A stretch of DNA of 64,000 nucleotides from NCBI GenBank assembly GCA_963708295.1, contig CAVPSJ010000017.1, forward strand, positions 512,001 to 576,000, written 5' to 3'. Below the pieces are notes generated by a model. The model did not search any database. It was given only the letters and a program-made list of their open reading frames with translations, and had not been told where the DNA came from. Source of the stretch: an uncultured delta proteobacterium. GTDB lineage: Bacteria; Desulfobacterota; BSN033; UBA1163. A program made the translations under genes and the position numbers. Within the stretch, counting starts at the first letter, position 1; each line of letters starts with the position of its first letter. Below, one piece after another: positions 53,017 to 64,000 of this stretch.

Positions 53017-53187
53017 AGGCTGCTGAAAAACGCCCATCGGTCCCGCGCTTCGCGGGATTTCCCTCGTCCCTCCCCGTGTCAAGCACGGGGCAGGCTTATT
53101 GTAGTGTACACCCGTAGGGAACGGTTTCAAACCGTTCCCTACAAAGGATCTCGAGGGCCTTGCATCTGGCCATTTTTGAGCAGCCTG
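53017..53187. mobile_element. MITE-like element with nested GTAG-type REP hairpin
   Basis: ggctgctgaaaaa ... tttttgagcagcctg; internal gtagggaacggtttcaaaccgttccctac. Confidence 0.6.
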
Positions 53188-53212
53188 AAAAATAATCACT
53201 TTTCAGCAGTTG

Positions 53213-54106
53213 TTAGTCTTTCGCTGAATCTTTCTGAGAGATGGGATGGCTTGCCCTGGAGAGGCTTCGATAGACAAGATTGTCAATCAATCTCGTCTTG
53301 CCCAGATACGCAGCGAAGGCGACGACCACATCCCCTTCGATCCGGTCAACTTCCTGTAACGTAAAGGCGTCACAGATTTGAATGTAATCCACCCGGATGA
53401 GGGGCTCCGACTGAAGGATTCCCTTCATTTCATCCAGGATTCGACTCGCCCTTTGCTCTCCTTTTTGAAGGATCTCTTTTGCCCTTTGCAGGGACCGATA
53501 CAGGGACAGTGCGGCTTTCCTTTCCTCCGGGAGGAGGTAGGTGTTTCGAGAGCTCATGGCTAAACCGTCCGCTTCCCGGACCGTCGGCATCCCCACGACC
53601 TGGACACTCATATGCAGATCTCGGGCCATCTGGCGAATCGTGACCAATTGTTGATAGTCTTTTTCCCCGAAGATCGCCACATGGGGCGTCACGATTTCAA
53701 AGAGCATCATGACCACTGTAGTCACCCCTCTGAAGTGAGTCGGCCTCGACCGTCCGCAAAGGTTCCGGGTCACCTTCTCCACCTCAACATAGGTCTGGTG
53801 ATCCGAGGGATACATCTCTTCGACTTCGGGGACGAAAAGGATGTCGGCGCCTACTTCTTCTGCCATCTGACGGTCTCTTACAAAATTTCTCGGGTAATTC
53901 TTGAGATCCTCATGGGGGGCAAACTGGGTGGGATTGACGAAGAGGCTGACGACAAGAAGATCTCCTCTTCTTCGACCCTCTCTCATGAGGCTGAGGTGAC
54001 CTTCATGAAAAAAACCCATCGTGGGGACAAAAGCAATCGTCTCCCCCATGGCTCGACTCCGGGAGCTAAATGCCTTCATCTCTTCGATCGTTTTGATGAC
54101 TTCCAT
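53213..54106 (-). CDS. panC: Pantoate--beta-alanine ligase
   Basis: FVPTMG..HEGH, FGEKDYQQ, AMSSRN, RLIDN. Confidence 0.95.
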   Translation of the reverse strand: MEVIKTIEEMKAFSSRSRAMGETIAFVPTMGFFHEGHLSLMREGRRRGDLLVVSLFVNPTQFAPHEDLKNYPRNFVRDRQMAEEVGADILFVPEVEEMYPSDHQTYVEVEKVTRNLCGRSRPTHFRGVTTVVMMLFEIVTPHVAIFGEKDYQQLVTIRQMARDLHMSVQVVGMPTVREADGLAMSSRNTYLLPEERKAALSLYRSLQRAKEILQKGEQRASRILDEMKGILQSEPLIRVDYIQICDAFTLQEVDRIEGDVVVAFAAYLGKTRLIDNLVYRSLSRASHPISQKDSAKD

Positions 54107-54124
54107 TTTCCTCTTGGGGATGAA

Positions 54125-54760
54125 TTATTTAGACCTCATTGGAATGAAATACGATGTTCCCTTCCCCATCTGTTTGATCTCTCGTAGCAATTGGTCGAAA
54201 TCTTCTTTTCGGTTTACGAAATCAATCTCGCTCGTATTCACGACGAGCAGGGGGGTCTGATCGTAATGGAAAAAATAAAAGTTGTAGGCTTCGGTCAATG
54301 TCTTCAGGTATTCTAACTCCATATCCTTCTCGTGAGGGATATTTCTCGATTTAATCCTGTGAAGCAAGACTTCCGGTTTGGCCTGTAAGAAGATGACCAG
54401 ATCTGGAGGAGCGATCTGTCCGTTGAGGAGGTGAAAAACCTGTTCGTAAAGGGCAAGTTCATGATCATCTAAATTGATGGAGGCGAACACCCGGTCTTTG
54501 TCGAAGAGGTAATCACAAAGGGTGACTTGGTTAAACAGATCGAGTTGGGCGATCTCTTTCTGCTGCTGGAAACGATTCAGCAAAAAGAAGATCTGGGTTT
54601 GAAAGGCATATTTCTTCCGATCCCCGTAGAAGAGAGGGAGGAAAGGGTTCTCCTCTGTCTTCTCGAGAATACATCGGGCATTGAACTCCTTTGCCAGGAG
54701 CCTCGCCAGACTTGTTTTTCCGACGCCGATCGGGCCTTCGATGACGATATATCGGAACAT
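54125..54760 (-). CDS. Deoxynucleoside kinase
   Basis: IEGPIGVGKT, NPFL, FQTQIFFL. Confidence 0.9.
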   Translation of the reverse strand: MFRYIVIEGPIGVGKTSLARLLAKEFNARCILEKTEENPFLPLFYGDRKKYAFQTQIFFLLNRFQQQKEIAQLDLFNQVTLCDYLFDKDRVFASINLDDHELALYEQVFHLLNGQIAPPDLVIFLQAKPEVLLHRIKSRNIPHEKDMELEYLKTLTEAYNFYFFHYDQTPLLVVNTSEIDFVNRKEDFDQLLREIKQMGKGTSYFIPMRSK

Positions 54761-55078
54761 GACACGCTCAATGAATTCTTATAACAAAAGCTTAGGCTCT
54801 TGTAAATGAAACTTTGTTTAGGGATGTCACTCTACATTCGAAGCACGAGATCCGAAACAAATGTTACATGACGGGTTCGCCACCCGCGAACGATCAAAAT
54901 GACCCAGGATGAGGTGGGGTGGATGGTGGATATCGTCTGCCCCCTTCCCCCCGCCCTCTCCCGGCAGGGGAGAGGGGGATCATGGAGTTATTTTCAACGC
55001 ATTCCAAATGGCGAGAACCCAAAATTCAAAATGAAAGAACCCATGGGATTCGATATCCGGAGTTTTAATGTCTCACGC

Positions 55079-55543
55079 TTAAGGCATAGAAAATCGCCTT
55101 CCGGGGAGCCTGACCGTCAGCACCGGGCAGGGGGATTTTCTCACGACCTTCTCGGCAGTGCTTCCGAAGAGAACGTGATCTAAACCTGTCCTTCCGTGGG
55201 TACCCATGACAATGAGGTCAACGGAATCCTTTTTTGCCCGTCGGATGATCTCGAGGAAGGGTTCGCCTTCGTGAAAGACGATTTGATAATTCTTGAACCG
55301 TCCCATTTTTTCCACATAATGACCCTTTAGCTGTCGATCGATTTCCTTCTTCTGGCAAGCCCTTAATTCCTCCAGTTTTTCCGGGGCAAGGTAGAGGGAA
55401 AGCTGTTCAGGATGAACGGGCTCAGGGGTCGCGTGGAATATCAGGAGTTTGGCCTTGTACGTTTTGGCCAGGTCGAGGGCGTAAGTGAAGGCCCAGTGGG
55501 AGTCTTCGGAGAAGTCCGTACAAAAGAGAATTTTTCTAAACAT
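55079..55543 (-). CDS. Universal stress protein
   Basis: ILFCTDFS, DLIVMGTHGRTG..FGSTAEKVVRKSPCPVL. Confidence 0.93.
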   Translation of the reverse strand: MFRKILFCTDFSEDSHWAFTYALDLAKTYKAKLLIFHATPEPVHPEQLSLYLAPEKLEELRACQKKEIDRQLKGHYVEKMGRFKNYQIVFHEGEPFLEIIRRAKKDSVDLIVMGTHGRTGLDHVLFGSTAEKVVRKSPCPVLTVRLPGRRFSMP

Positions 55544-55819
55544 GATCCTCCCCCTCTTTTCTTTCCTTAAAATCTCAGTTCCAGGCTGATATTTATCACA
55601 ACTTCCTACTAATTTGCTATAAAAACCTTTTGATCGTCAAGGTTTTCTCTTGCCCATCCTTTCTTGTCCCCCTCTGGAGAAATCTCCGAGCCTTCATAAG
55701 CCCCCTATTCAATCGGAGTGGGACAATGACGCTAAAGGTTCGGCCGAAACGTGCCCCATGCCGCCAAAGCAGGAGAGGGGGATCTGAAAAGACCGAGGGA
55801 GGTCAAGAGGCGTTTGTCC

Positions 55820-55932
55820 GTTGACCCGTTCGACGGCGCCAGGCCTCGCCTTTTAAGGCGGAGTAAAAAGGCGCCGCGAACGGTCAACCCTGAGCAACCC
55901 AGGCCTTCAGGCCGGGGAGTCGAAGGGTTGAC
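55820..55932. repeat. Compound REP-like palindromes
   Basis: gttgacccgttcg...cgaacggtcaac and gtcaaccctgagc...gtcgaagggttgac. Confidence 0.55.
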
Positions 55933-56047
55933 ATCTCATGTTATGTTAGGATACTAATTCCCTATTCATATTAGAAAACTCTAACAGCATCCCCTGTCCC
56001 GGCTTCTCCGATTGAAAAGAGGGAAGGGGAGTAGAGGAGGAAAACCG

Positions 56048-56887
56048 ATGCTCAGGAATAAGCAGGTGGGTTTTGTCGGATCCGGGAATATGGGAGAGGC
56101 TCTGGTCAACGGGCTGTTACACGGTCGCCTTTGCCGGCCTGAACAAATCCTGTGTTCAGATGTGCGGGCTGAAAAACTGAAGGTGATACGAGAGAAATAT
56201 GGAGTGAAGGGAACCCCCCATAATATAGAAGTGGTCAAGCAATCGGATATTATTGTCCTGGCGGTCAAACCGCAGATTATGAAATCCGTTGTCGATGAGA
56301 TCGCTAAGTATCTTGACTTCTCAAAATTGATCATCTCCATTGCCGCGGGAGTTCCCTTGGAGGCCATTGAGTCTTGTGCGAAAAAGGAACTGAAATTGAT
56401 CCGGGTCATGCCCAACATCTGTGTTTCTGTTCGCGAGGGGATTTCGGCGATTGCTGCCGGCAAGCATGCCTCGAAGGAAGATCTCCTGTTGGCCAAGACG
56501 ATCTTTGACTCGGTTGGGAAATCGCGTTTTATCGAAGAGGCCCTTCTGGATGCAGTCACAGGATTAAGCGGGAGTGGCCCTGCGTATATCTTCCTCATCA
56601 TCGATGCCTTAGCCGATGCAGGGGTTAAGGTGGGGCTCGCCAGAGATGATGCTCTGATTCTGGCCTCTCAAACGGTCTTGGGGGCTGCGAAAATGTTAAT
56701 TGAGACCGGGGAGCACCCCGGGAAGCTGAAAGATTTGGTGACTTCTCCCGGGGGGACAGCGATCGCAGGGCTTCATACCTTAGAAGAAGGCGGGCTAAGG
56801 ACGACCTTGATCAACGCCGTCGAGGTGGCAACCCGGCGGTCCGAAGCTTTAGGAAAGATCGTGAAGAGCAACCTGGTTCCCGATTGA
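56048..56887 (+). CDS. proC: Pyrroline-5-carboxylate reductase
   Basis: GSGNMG, AVKPQ, RVMPN, SGSGPA, VTSPGGT. Confidence 0.95.
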   Translation: MLRNKQVGFVGSGNMGEALVNGLLHGRLCRPEQILCSDVRAEKLKVIREKYGVKGTPHNIEVVKQSDIIVLAVKPQIMKSVVDEIAKYLDFSKLIISIAAGVPLEAIESCAKKELKLIRVMPNICVSVREGISAIAAGKHASKEDLLLAKTIFDSVGKSRFIEEALLDAVTGLSGSGPAYIFLIIDALADAGVKVGLARDDALILASQTVLGAAKMLIETGEHPGKLKDLVTSPGGTAIAGLHTLEEGGLRTTLINAVEVATRRSEALGKIVKSNLVPD

Positions 56888-56960
56888 TGGGATTCACCGC
56901 TTGCAAGAGGAACACTCAGGGCATTTCGCTCGGGGAATGAATGTCCGGATAGGAGACTGT

Positions 56961-58772
56961 ATGATGAAAGGATATGCTGGAAAGATGCTGAGGGTGGATC
57001 TTTCCAATGGGCGGATCTCGGCGGAAGAGATTCCGGATGGAATGAAAAGGGATTTCTTGGGGGGCCGGGGGTTTGCCGTAAAACTCCTATGGGATGAGGT
57101 GAAACACGTCGATCCCTTGTCCGAGAAGAACAAGATCATCTTTTCAACGGGCCCTCTCACAGGACAGTCCCTTCCCAGTTCGGGGAAGATGGTCATTGCC
57201 TCGAAGAGCCCTCTCACGGGGGGGTACGGAGATGGAAATATCGGAACCCGGGCAGCGGTTCATCTCAGGAAGGCAGGCTATGATGTTTTGATCGTGGAGG
57301 GGAAATCGGAAAAGCCCTGTTATCTTCTGATCGAGAACGAGAAGGTCAAGGTGATGGACGCTTCCGAATTGTGGGGGAAAAATACCTTTGAAGCGCAAGA
57401 CCTCCTCGAGAGAAAGCATGGAAGGAATTCAGGGGTCCTTCTCATCGGCCCTGCCGGAGAGAACCAAATTCGATTTTCAGTCGTCATGTCCCAAAAGGGT
57501 AGAGCGGGAGGGCGCCCCGGATTGGGTGCGGTGATGGGGTCTAAGAATCTCAAAGCCGTGGTGATCAAGGGAACGGGCTCGATTCCCAATTTTGACGATG
57601 AGAAGGTGATGGAATTTGGGAAAAGGGGATATGAAGAGATCAAAGGGAAGGGGAACTATGACTTCTGGGTGAAGCAGGGAACGATGCAGGTCCTTGACTG
57701 GTGCAACGAAAATACCTGTCTCCCCACCTTTAATTTTAGGGAAGGTGTTTTTGAATACTCCAAACAACTGGATGGCTATGTCCTCGAGAAGGCCAAAGTC
57801 GATCGTAAAGGGTGCCCTCTGTGCAACATGCAATGCGGCAATATCATCAAGGATGCGAGCAACCAGCCTTCCGAGCTGGATTATGAAAATGTCGGGATGT
57901 TAGGACCCAATATCGGGATGAGGAGTCTGCCTGAGGTGGCTCTGTTGAACCGAATGGCTGACGAGTGGGGGTTGGATACCATCTCGCTGGGGAACACCAT
58001 TGGGTTTCTCATGGAGGCCTCGGAAAAGGGACTGATTGCGGAGAAGATAGGGTGGGGAGATTTTGAAAGAGCTCAAAAGCTCATCATTGACATCGGAAAG
58101 GGGGAAGGGTTGGGGAAGCTCGTATCCCGCGGAGTTCGAAAGGCCTCCGAGACCCTCGGAAAAGGATCTCATCGATGGGCCATGCATGTCAAAGGACTGG
58201 AGATTTCAGCCTACAATTGTCATGCCTGCCCTGGGATGGCCCTCTCCTTTGGAACCTCTCCCATCGGTGGCAGCCACAAGGATGCCTGGGTTATTTCTTG
58301 GGAGATATCGACCGACCGACTTTCTTATAGCAAAGAAAAAGTCCAGAAGCTCATCGAGTTTCAACGAATCCGGGGAGGTTTTTTCGAATGCGCGACGGTT
58401 TGCCGGCTTCCGTGGGTCGAGGTGGGTTTTGGGCTTCATTGGTACCCCGAATATCTGGAAGCCGTTACGGGGAGTCGAATGAGTTGGGAAGATTTTCATA
58501 AAATCGGGGACCGGGTTTACAACCTGATCCGGGCCTACTGGAAAAGAGAAGTCCCTCAATTCGGTCGATCATGGGACATTCCGCCTGACCGCTGGTTTGA
58601 GGAGCCCCTTTCGCAAGGGAAGTTGGAAGGGGTGAAATTGGATCGGCAGAAATTTGACCAAATGCTCTCTTGGTACTATGAACTGAGAGGCTGGAATAAG
58701 AATGGAATTCCCATGAAGGAGACCCTTGACGACCTTGGGTTGAGAGAGGCTTCAAAGGAGATGATCGGTTAA
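56961..58772 (+). CDS. Aldehyde:ferredoxin oxidoreductase (W/Mo)
   Basis: KSPLTG, GRPGLGAVMGSKNLK, CPLCNMQC, DYE, GLDTIS. Confidence 0.92.
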   Translation: MMKGYAGKMLRVDLSNGRISAEEIPDGMKRDFLGGRGFAVKLLWDEVKHVDPLSEKNKIIFSTGPLTGQSLPSSGKMVIASKSPLTGGYGDGNIGTRAAVHLRKAGYDVLIVEGKSEKPCYLLIENEKVKVMDASELWGKNTFEAQDLLERKHGRNSGVLLIGPAGENQIRFSVVMSQKGRAGGRPGLGAVMGSKNLKAVVIKGTGSIPNFDDEKVMEFGKRGYEEIKGKGNYDFWVKQGTMQVLDWCNENTCLPTFNFREGVFEYSKQLDGYVLEKAKVDRKGCPLCNMQCGNIIKDASNQPSELDYENVGMLGPNIGMRSLPEVALLNRMADEWGLDTISLGNTIGFLMEASEKGLIAEKIGWGDFERAQKLIIDIGKGEGLGKLVSRGVRKASETLGKGSHRWAMHVKGLEISAYNCHACPGMALSFGTSPIGGSHKDAWVISWEISTDRLSYSKEKVQKLIEFQRIRGGFFECATVCRLPWVEVGFGLHWYPEYLEAVTGSRMSWEDFHKIGDRVYNLIRAYWKREVPQFGRSWDIPPDRWFEEPLSQGKLEGVKLDRQKFDQMLSWYYELRGWNKNGIPMKETLDDLGLREASKEMIG

Positions 58773-58773
58773 G

Positions 58774-58992
58774 TTGGCTGAGCTCAAGTTCTTGGGCTAC
58801 CTCGCAGAAGTCGTTGGCGCTCGGACAAAACATTTGGTTTTGGATAAACCCACGCCGTTAAGGAAAATTTTGCCTTCGTCTTTTCCAGAAGAGAATGTCA
58901 TTATTCTCATCGATAAAAAACCAGGCAGCTTCGATAGTTTAATCGTAGATGGAAATTCGATTGTCATCATGCCTGTGTTATCGGGTGGGTAG
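58774..58992 (+). CDS. MoaD/ThiS family sulfur carrier
   Basis: 72 aa ending PVLSGG, directly after aor. Confidence 0.85.
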   Translation: MAELKFLGYLAEVVGARTKHLVLDKPTPLRKILPSSFPEENVIILIDKKPGSFDSLIVDGNSIVIMPVLSGG

Positions 58993-59111
58993 GCGATCCC
59001 CTTTCTGGGGATTTTCTCTGAAACCGTTCTGAATCGCGGAGATTTTCTCGACCCTTTGGAACTCTCCGATCAAACCTTGAAAAGCCTTAAAATTCGTAAA
59101 AATTAAGTCTA

Positions 59112-59131
59112 TTTGTGAAATATTTTACGAA
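59112..59131. promoter_or_regulatory. Rex-like operator upstream of acs
   Basis: TTTGTGAAATATTTTACGAA resembles TTGTGAA-N4-TTCACAA. Confidence 0.5.
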
Positions 59132-59275
59132 ATCTTTTAGATAACATTGTCATTTAATTTCAATAGGATATCTTGTGAATTTCTGACTTTCTTTCATTTT
59201 TTTATTGACAAAAAACTCTATTTCCTTTAAAAGAAGGTTCTTAGATAGCTAAAAACAGAGAGGAGGTTTCCGAAA

Positions 59276-61240
59276 GTGAAAGAAAAAACGCCAGCATCGG
59301 AAGAGAATTTGATTTATGAACCTTCGGATTCGGTAAAGGCCAAAGCCACCATTAAAACGATGGAGGAGTACAAGAAGCTATATCAGAAGTCTGTTAAGGA
59401 TCCGGAGAAGTTCTGGGGGGAACTTGCGGAGGAGCTCGACTGGAAAAAGAAATGGAACAAGGTATTGGAATGGGACTTTAACAAGCCGGAAATCAAATGG
59501 TTTAGCGGCGGGAAACTCAATGCGAGCTACAATTGCCTCGACAGACACCTCAATACCTGGAGACGCAATAAGGTTGCGCTAATCTGGCAGGGGGAGCCTC
59601 TGGAAGAAAACAGGTCTTTTACCTATCAGCAACTTTATTACCATGTTTGTAAGTTTGCAAATGTTCTGAAGAAGATTGGAGTGAAGAAGGGGGACAGAGT
59701 ATCGATCTACTTGCCGATGATTCCCGAGCTTCCCATTGCCATGCTCGCCTGTGCAAGAATCGGCGCGATTCACAGCGTGGTCTTCGGAGGGTTCAGCGCG
59801 GAGGCCCTTCGGGATAGGATGAATGATTGCGGTTCGAAGATTCTGATTACCGCAGATGGTTACTACCGAAGCGGCAAGATCGTTCAAAACAAGGCCAATG
59901 CCGATGAGGCGTTGAAGGAATGTCCGGGAGTTGAGAAGGTGGTTGTCGTCAAGAGACTGGGGATCGATGTGCCCTTTACAAAGGAAAGAGATCTGTGGTG
60001 GAACGAGGAGATGGCAAAAGAAGACATCAAGCCTTCCTGTGAACCCGAGGTGATGGATGCGGAGGACGTTCTTTTCATCCTTTACACGAGTGGAAGCACG
60101 GGCAAACCCAAGGGAGTCATTCACAGCACGGCAGGATATCTCCTCTTTGTGCAGCAAACCCTGAAGTGGGTCTTTGACATCAAGGAGGAAGATATTTTCT
60201 TTTGTACCGCGGACATCGGGTGGGTCACCGGTCACAGCTATGTCGTCTACGGCCCGTTGGCCCTCGGTGGGACTTCTCTCATGTTTGAAGGCGTTCCAAC
60301 CTATCCCAGCCCCGACCGGTTCTGGGAGATCGTAGAGAGATTTAAAGTAAACGTTTTCTATACAGCGCCTACAGCCATCCGGGCGCTCATGCGAGAGGGC
60401 GAGAAGTGGGTGAAGGGAAGAGATCTTTCCAGCCTGAGACTTCTCGGTTCCGTCGGCGAACCCATTAATCCGGAAGCATGGAGGTGGTATTACCTCAATG
60501 TCGGTAAGGAGAAGTGTCCGATTATGGATACCTGGTGGCAGACCGAGACCGGGGGATTTCTCATCAGTCCCTTGCCCATCACTCCGTTGAAAGCCGGATC
60601 AGCCACCTTTCCCTTCCCCGGCGTTCAACCGAAAGTCATTCGCGAGAATGGAAGTGAATGTGACGCGGAGGAGGGGGGATCTCTCGTCATCACCCAGCCA
60701 TGGCCGGGGATGTTAAGAGGTTTCTGGAATGATCAAGACCGGAAGCGATTCAAGGAGACCTATTTCTCAGTTTTCCCGGGTCAGTACTTTACGGGTGACG
60801 GTGCGAAAAAAGACGGCGACGGTTATTACTGGCTCATGGGCAGGATCGACGACGTCATCAATGTTTCCGGCCACCGGATCGGAACTGCGGAGGTGGAAAG
60901 CGCACTGGTTTCTCACCGTTCCGTTGCGGAGGCGGCAGTGATCGGTATTTCTCACGAGGTAAAAGGTCAGGGGATCTATGCCTTTGTCACTCTGAAGGCT
61001 GGCTTGAAGGGCAGCGACGAATTGCGGAAGGAGCTTCTGGCCCACGTGAGAAAGGTGATCGGGCCGATTGCGACACCGGACAAGCTCCAATTTGCAGATG
61101 CTCTTCCCAAGACTCGGAGTGGAAAGATCATGCGAAGGATATTGAGGAAGATTGCAGAAGGCAAGATTGAGGAGTTGGGCGATACCTCCACCCTCACCGA
61201 TCCCAACGTGGTGATCCAACTGGCTGGAGATAGACTGTAG
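59276..61240 (+). CDS. acs: Acetyl-CoA synthetase
   Basis: [32 protein letters not shown]. Confidence 0.96.
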   Translation: MKEKTPASEENLIYEPSDSVKAKATIKTMEEYKKLYQKSVKDPEKFWGELAEELDWKKKWNKVLEWDFNKPEIKWFSGGKLNASYNCLDRHLNTWRRNKVALIWQGEPLEENRSFTYQQLYYHVCKFANVLKKIGVKKGDRVSIYLPMIPELPIAMLACARIGAIHSVVFGGFSAEALRDRMNDCGSKILITADGYYRSGKIVQNKANADEALKECPGVEKVVVVKRLGIDVPFTKERDLWWNEEMAKEDIKPSCEPEVMDAEDVLFILYTSGSTGKPKGVIHSTAGYLLFVQQTLKWVFDIKEEDIFFCTADIGWVTGHSYVVYGPLALGGTSLMFEGVPTYPSPDRFWEIVERFKVNVFYTAPTAIRALMREGEKWVKGRDLSSLRLLGSVGEPINPEAWRWYYLNVGKEKCPIMDTWWQTETGGFLISPLPITPLKAGSATFPFPGVQPKVIRENGSECDAEEGGSLVITQPWPGMLRGFWNDQDRKRFKETYFSVFPGQYFTGDGAKKDGDGYYWLMGRIDDVINVSGHRIGTAEVESALVSHRSVAEAAVIGISHEVKGQGIYAFVTLKAGLKGSDELRKELLAHVRKVIGPIATPDKLQFADALPKTRSGKIMRRILRKIAEGKIEELGDTSTLTDPNVVIQLAGDRL

Positions 61241-61408
61241 AATTCATCCTCCGTGTTGGCACACGGGGTCTTGTTCGAGAGCGTAGGCTCGGGTCGCGAG
61301 CGAACCCGGGGACTTTGTTTTTGCAACGAAATGATTCATTCGCCTGTCCTCGGTAAATGGGGGCCGAGGACAGGCCACCCTTCCAAACAGTTTCAGAACC
61401 GTTAGACG

Positions 61409-62209
61409 ATGACTTTCTCGATAGCGAAGCTGAACCGACTTCCGAAGGAGGAGCGGGATTCGATCTACCTCCGTCTCGTCCCTGAAAGCCTCTTCGAGAC
61501 GTATCAAATCGACCGTCAGACCTTGACGAATCCATTCGGAGAGAAAATCGTCACGGGAATCTTTCCTCCTGACGAGAATTTCGCATGCATCGAGGTCAAA
61601 TACAGAGCGGCGGACAAGGACTGCATCTTCTCGTGTCAGGTTTCCCTGGAAGCCTTCATGCAAAGTCTTTACCTCGATTTTCTGACGATCAACGATCCCT
61701 TCGCAGAGAGATTCAATATTGATGTCGACGAATTCGGGAAGGATACCTTACTCGGCACACGGTCGAGGAATATCCCTGAGGAGATTCGGGCCATGGAGGC
61801 CGGTCTCGCTCCCGGAATGGTCAGGCATGGGTTGCATCTCGTCAATGAATTTGTAAAATCCTGGAAGCGTTTATGACACCGTTGGAACTGAAAACGACCA
61901 CCATGGGCGCTTTTTTTTATCACAATGCCATCTTGTGGGAAAGACATGGATTTACCTATTTCAAGGGCGGCAAGATGATGGAAAGGATCCACGGAGAATT
62001 TCAACCGGGAGGATCACTCTACCAGAAGCTGGATGATTCAACCCCTTTTCGCAGAAAGGGAATGGAGAAGACGGTGCGAGGAAGGAGTTGGGCCATCTAT
62101 GACGGGATTCTCGCGGAGGCCTTCGATGAAGAGTGGGAAAGTCCCAAGATGTATAAGGCCCTGGGCAAGAGATTCCGGGACCAATACATTCCCGGGTCAG
62201 ATTTATTAG
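61409..62209 (+). CDS. Hypothetical protein, divergent GNAT-like (two frameshifts)
   Basis: ORFs 61409..61876 and 61873..62229 join; PGMVRHGL and YHNAILWERHGF; corrected end GTNTFPGQIY*. Confidence 0.55.
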
Positions 62210-62471
62210 TGAGGCGTTCTCGAATTTAAGGCGATGAATCTTGCCGCACGGAAATGGGTTTGCATGGTTCGTGAGCGATCGAAGCGTCACCAAAGATCGC
62301 TGACCGTCCGTTCATGCGAACGCAGGCAGAGATCATTCTAGCGTGACTCTCATCAACATTTGAAGAAGTGCTGGAGAGGCAGCATTCACATAGGCTGGGG
62401 GAAAGAAGAAACAACGTTGAATCATGCCTCAAGGGAATACGGCGTCGAGTTCGCAGGTCCGGGAGAATCCT

Positions 62472-64000
62472 ATGGTTACCAGGAAGAGGACGATAAGCGA
62501 TTTAAGGAGCATTAAGGATCGAGTGAAGAAGGAAAGGCGAGCTTCGCAGAGGAGGTTTCGAAGCACGGGTTACGGTTCATATGGGCACCTGCGGCCTGGC
62601 CTCGGGTGCCCAGAAGGTCCTGGACCGGGCACTCTCTGAACGATCCCGATGTGATCGGCCGAACATCGCCGTCTCCAGCACCGGATGCATCGGGCTGGTG
62701 CAGCCGGGAACCCTTGATCACGGTGGAGCGGATAGGGGAGGAACCGGTGATCTATCAGCAGGTGGACGATCGGAAGATGGGCGAAGATTTTTAAACGGCA
62801 CGTGCTGGACGGCAAGGTTCAAGTTGATTTGGCCCTGGCGCGGGGCAGAGCCTTCAATGAGGCGCCTCCGCCGACACATTCGGATTTGGAAGGCATCCTC
62901 CCGCATGTCTCCCAGCTTAAATTCTTCTCCCTTCAGCAACCCCGCGTTCTTCGTAACAAGGGCTTGATCGATCCCGAGAGGATGGATGACTACATCTGGC
63001 GGGACGGCTATCAGGCAGCGGCGAAGGCATTACTGGAAATGACCCCCGCAGAAATTATTTCTGAGGTGAAGGGCTCGGGTCTTCGGAACCGCGACGCTCG
63101 CGGGTTTCCCACAGGGATCGAATGGGAGTTCTGTGCCCACTCCAAAGAGGAGGTCAGGGTTGTCGTTTGCACCGGGGATGAAGGCGATCCGGGCGCTTCT
63201 ATCGGATCCAGAGTTTTGGAGGCGGACCCCCATGCCGTGCTTGAAGGGATGATCATTGCGGCAAAGGCGATTGGAGCACACCACGGGTTATATCACCTGC
63301 CGCCCTGAGTTTTCCTTAGCGGTGAAGAGGCTCAACCTGGCGATTGAGCAGGCCAGAGCTTATGGACTGCTCGGCAAGGACATCCTGGGTTCAGGGTTCG
63401 ATTTCGACATCGAAGTTGTCCCTGGGCGCCGGCGCCTTCATTGTGCAGCGAGGAGACGGCATTGCTGGAAGCGATCGAAGGACGGCGCGGGATGCCTCCG
63501 GCCCCAGCCCTCTTTTCCTGCCATCTCGGGATTATGGAAGAAACCGACGCTCCTGAATAATGTCGAGACCTACATGAATATCCCTCGGATTATTCTGATG
63601 GGCGGCGGAGGGTTATGCCGAATCTGGGAACCGAATCATCCAAAGGCACGAAACTCTTTTACCTGGCCGGTAAGGTCAGCAACATCGGGCTTAATTGAAG
63701 TGCCGATGGGTACCTCCGTGGGTGAAATCATCTTCGATATGGGCGGTGGGATTCCCGGCGGAAAAAAGTTCAAAGCCGTCCAGTTAGGAGGGACTGTCCG
63801 GCGGTTTTATTCCCCCGGAGCATCTCAATACCCCGATCGACTATGACGCCATTGCGAAGCTCGGCGCAAGCATGGGCTCGGGCGGCATGATCGTGATGGA
63901 TGATGAGACCTGCATGGTGGATATGGCCCGCTATTTTATCGATTTTTGCCTGGGCCAGGTCTGCGGAAAAGGTGCCATCTTGCCGGGTCCAGCCTGAACG
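62472..64000 (+). CDS. NuoF/HydB-like subunit with N-terminal [2Fe-2S] thioredoxin-like domain (multiple frameshifts, runs off window)
   Basis: HMGTCGLASGA, TGCIG, DEGDPGA, NNVET, GLIEVPMG, MGSGGMIVMD. Confidence 0.82.

Noticed and set aside
701-64000. Frameshifts in acd, SBP, livH, fadD, yebC, fabG, acn, the 61.4-kb gene and nuoF as pseudogenes or programmed frameshifts
   Set aside because: Single-base indels, mostly at homopolymers, in otherwise conserved genes; sequencing error is the simpler explanation, though read-level polishing is needed to confirm

Overview
64 kb of bacterial chromosome. Gene content suggests an anaerobic Deltaproteobacteria/Desulfobacterota-like organism (inferred: KorABCD, AOR, sigma54 systems, Rex-like box). 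Many single-base frameshifts occur even in core genes, most likely long-read indels. Left to right: an acyl-CoA degradation cluster (crotonase, two acyl-CoA dehydrogenases, SDR, FadD); a 1.9-kb insert with two toxin-antitoxin pairs carrying attC sites plus small palindromic elements; a LIV-type ABC transporter with a second FadD; tRNA-Val(CAC); yebC-ruvCAB; a PAS-kinase/NtrC pair; ppiD; a third ACAD. Next is a split, unusual lipid-biosynthesis locus (non-catalytic KS/CLF-like protein, B12-radical SAM enzymes, FabG, and an intact FabF about 10 kb downstream). It is interrupted by an accessory region holding a TA pair, SMR, methyltransferase, heme-c diguanylate cyclase, an integrase-less attC cassette array, a sigma54-driven beta-barrel and a decayed copy of the fabF 5' end. 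The right part has acn-icd-korDABC, plsC, panC, a deoxynucleoside kinase, usp, proC, aor-moaD, acs with an adjacent divergent GNAT-like gene, and a degenerate NuoF/HydB-like gene running off the end. Intergenic DNA is crowded with several families of palindromic or MITE-like elements. Strongest leads: the KS/CLF plus B12-radical SAM lipid system, integron cassettes joined to GGGGACA-palindromic elements with no integrase in the window, and the candidate Acs acetyltransferase. All family assignments come from motif recognition, not database searches.
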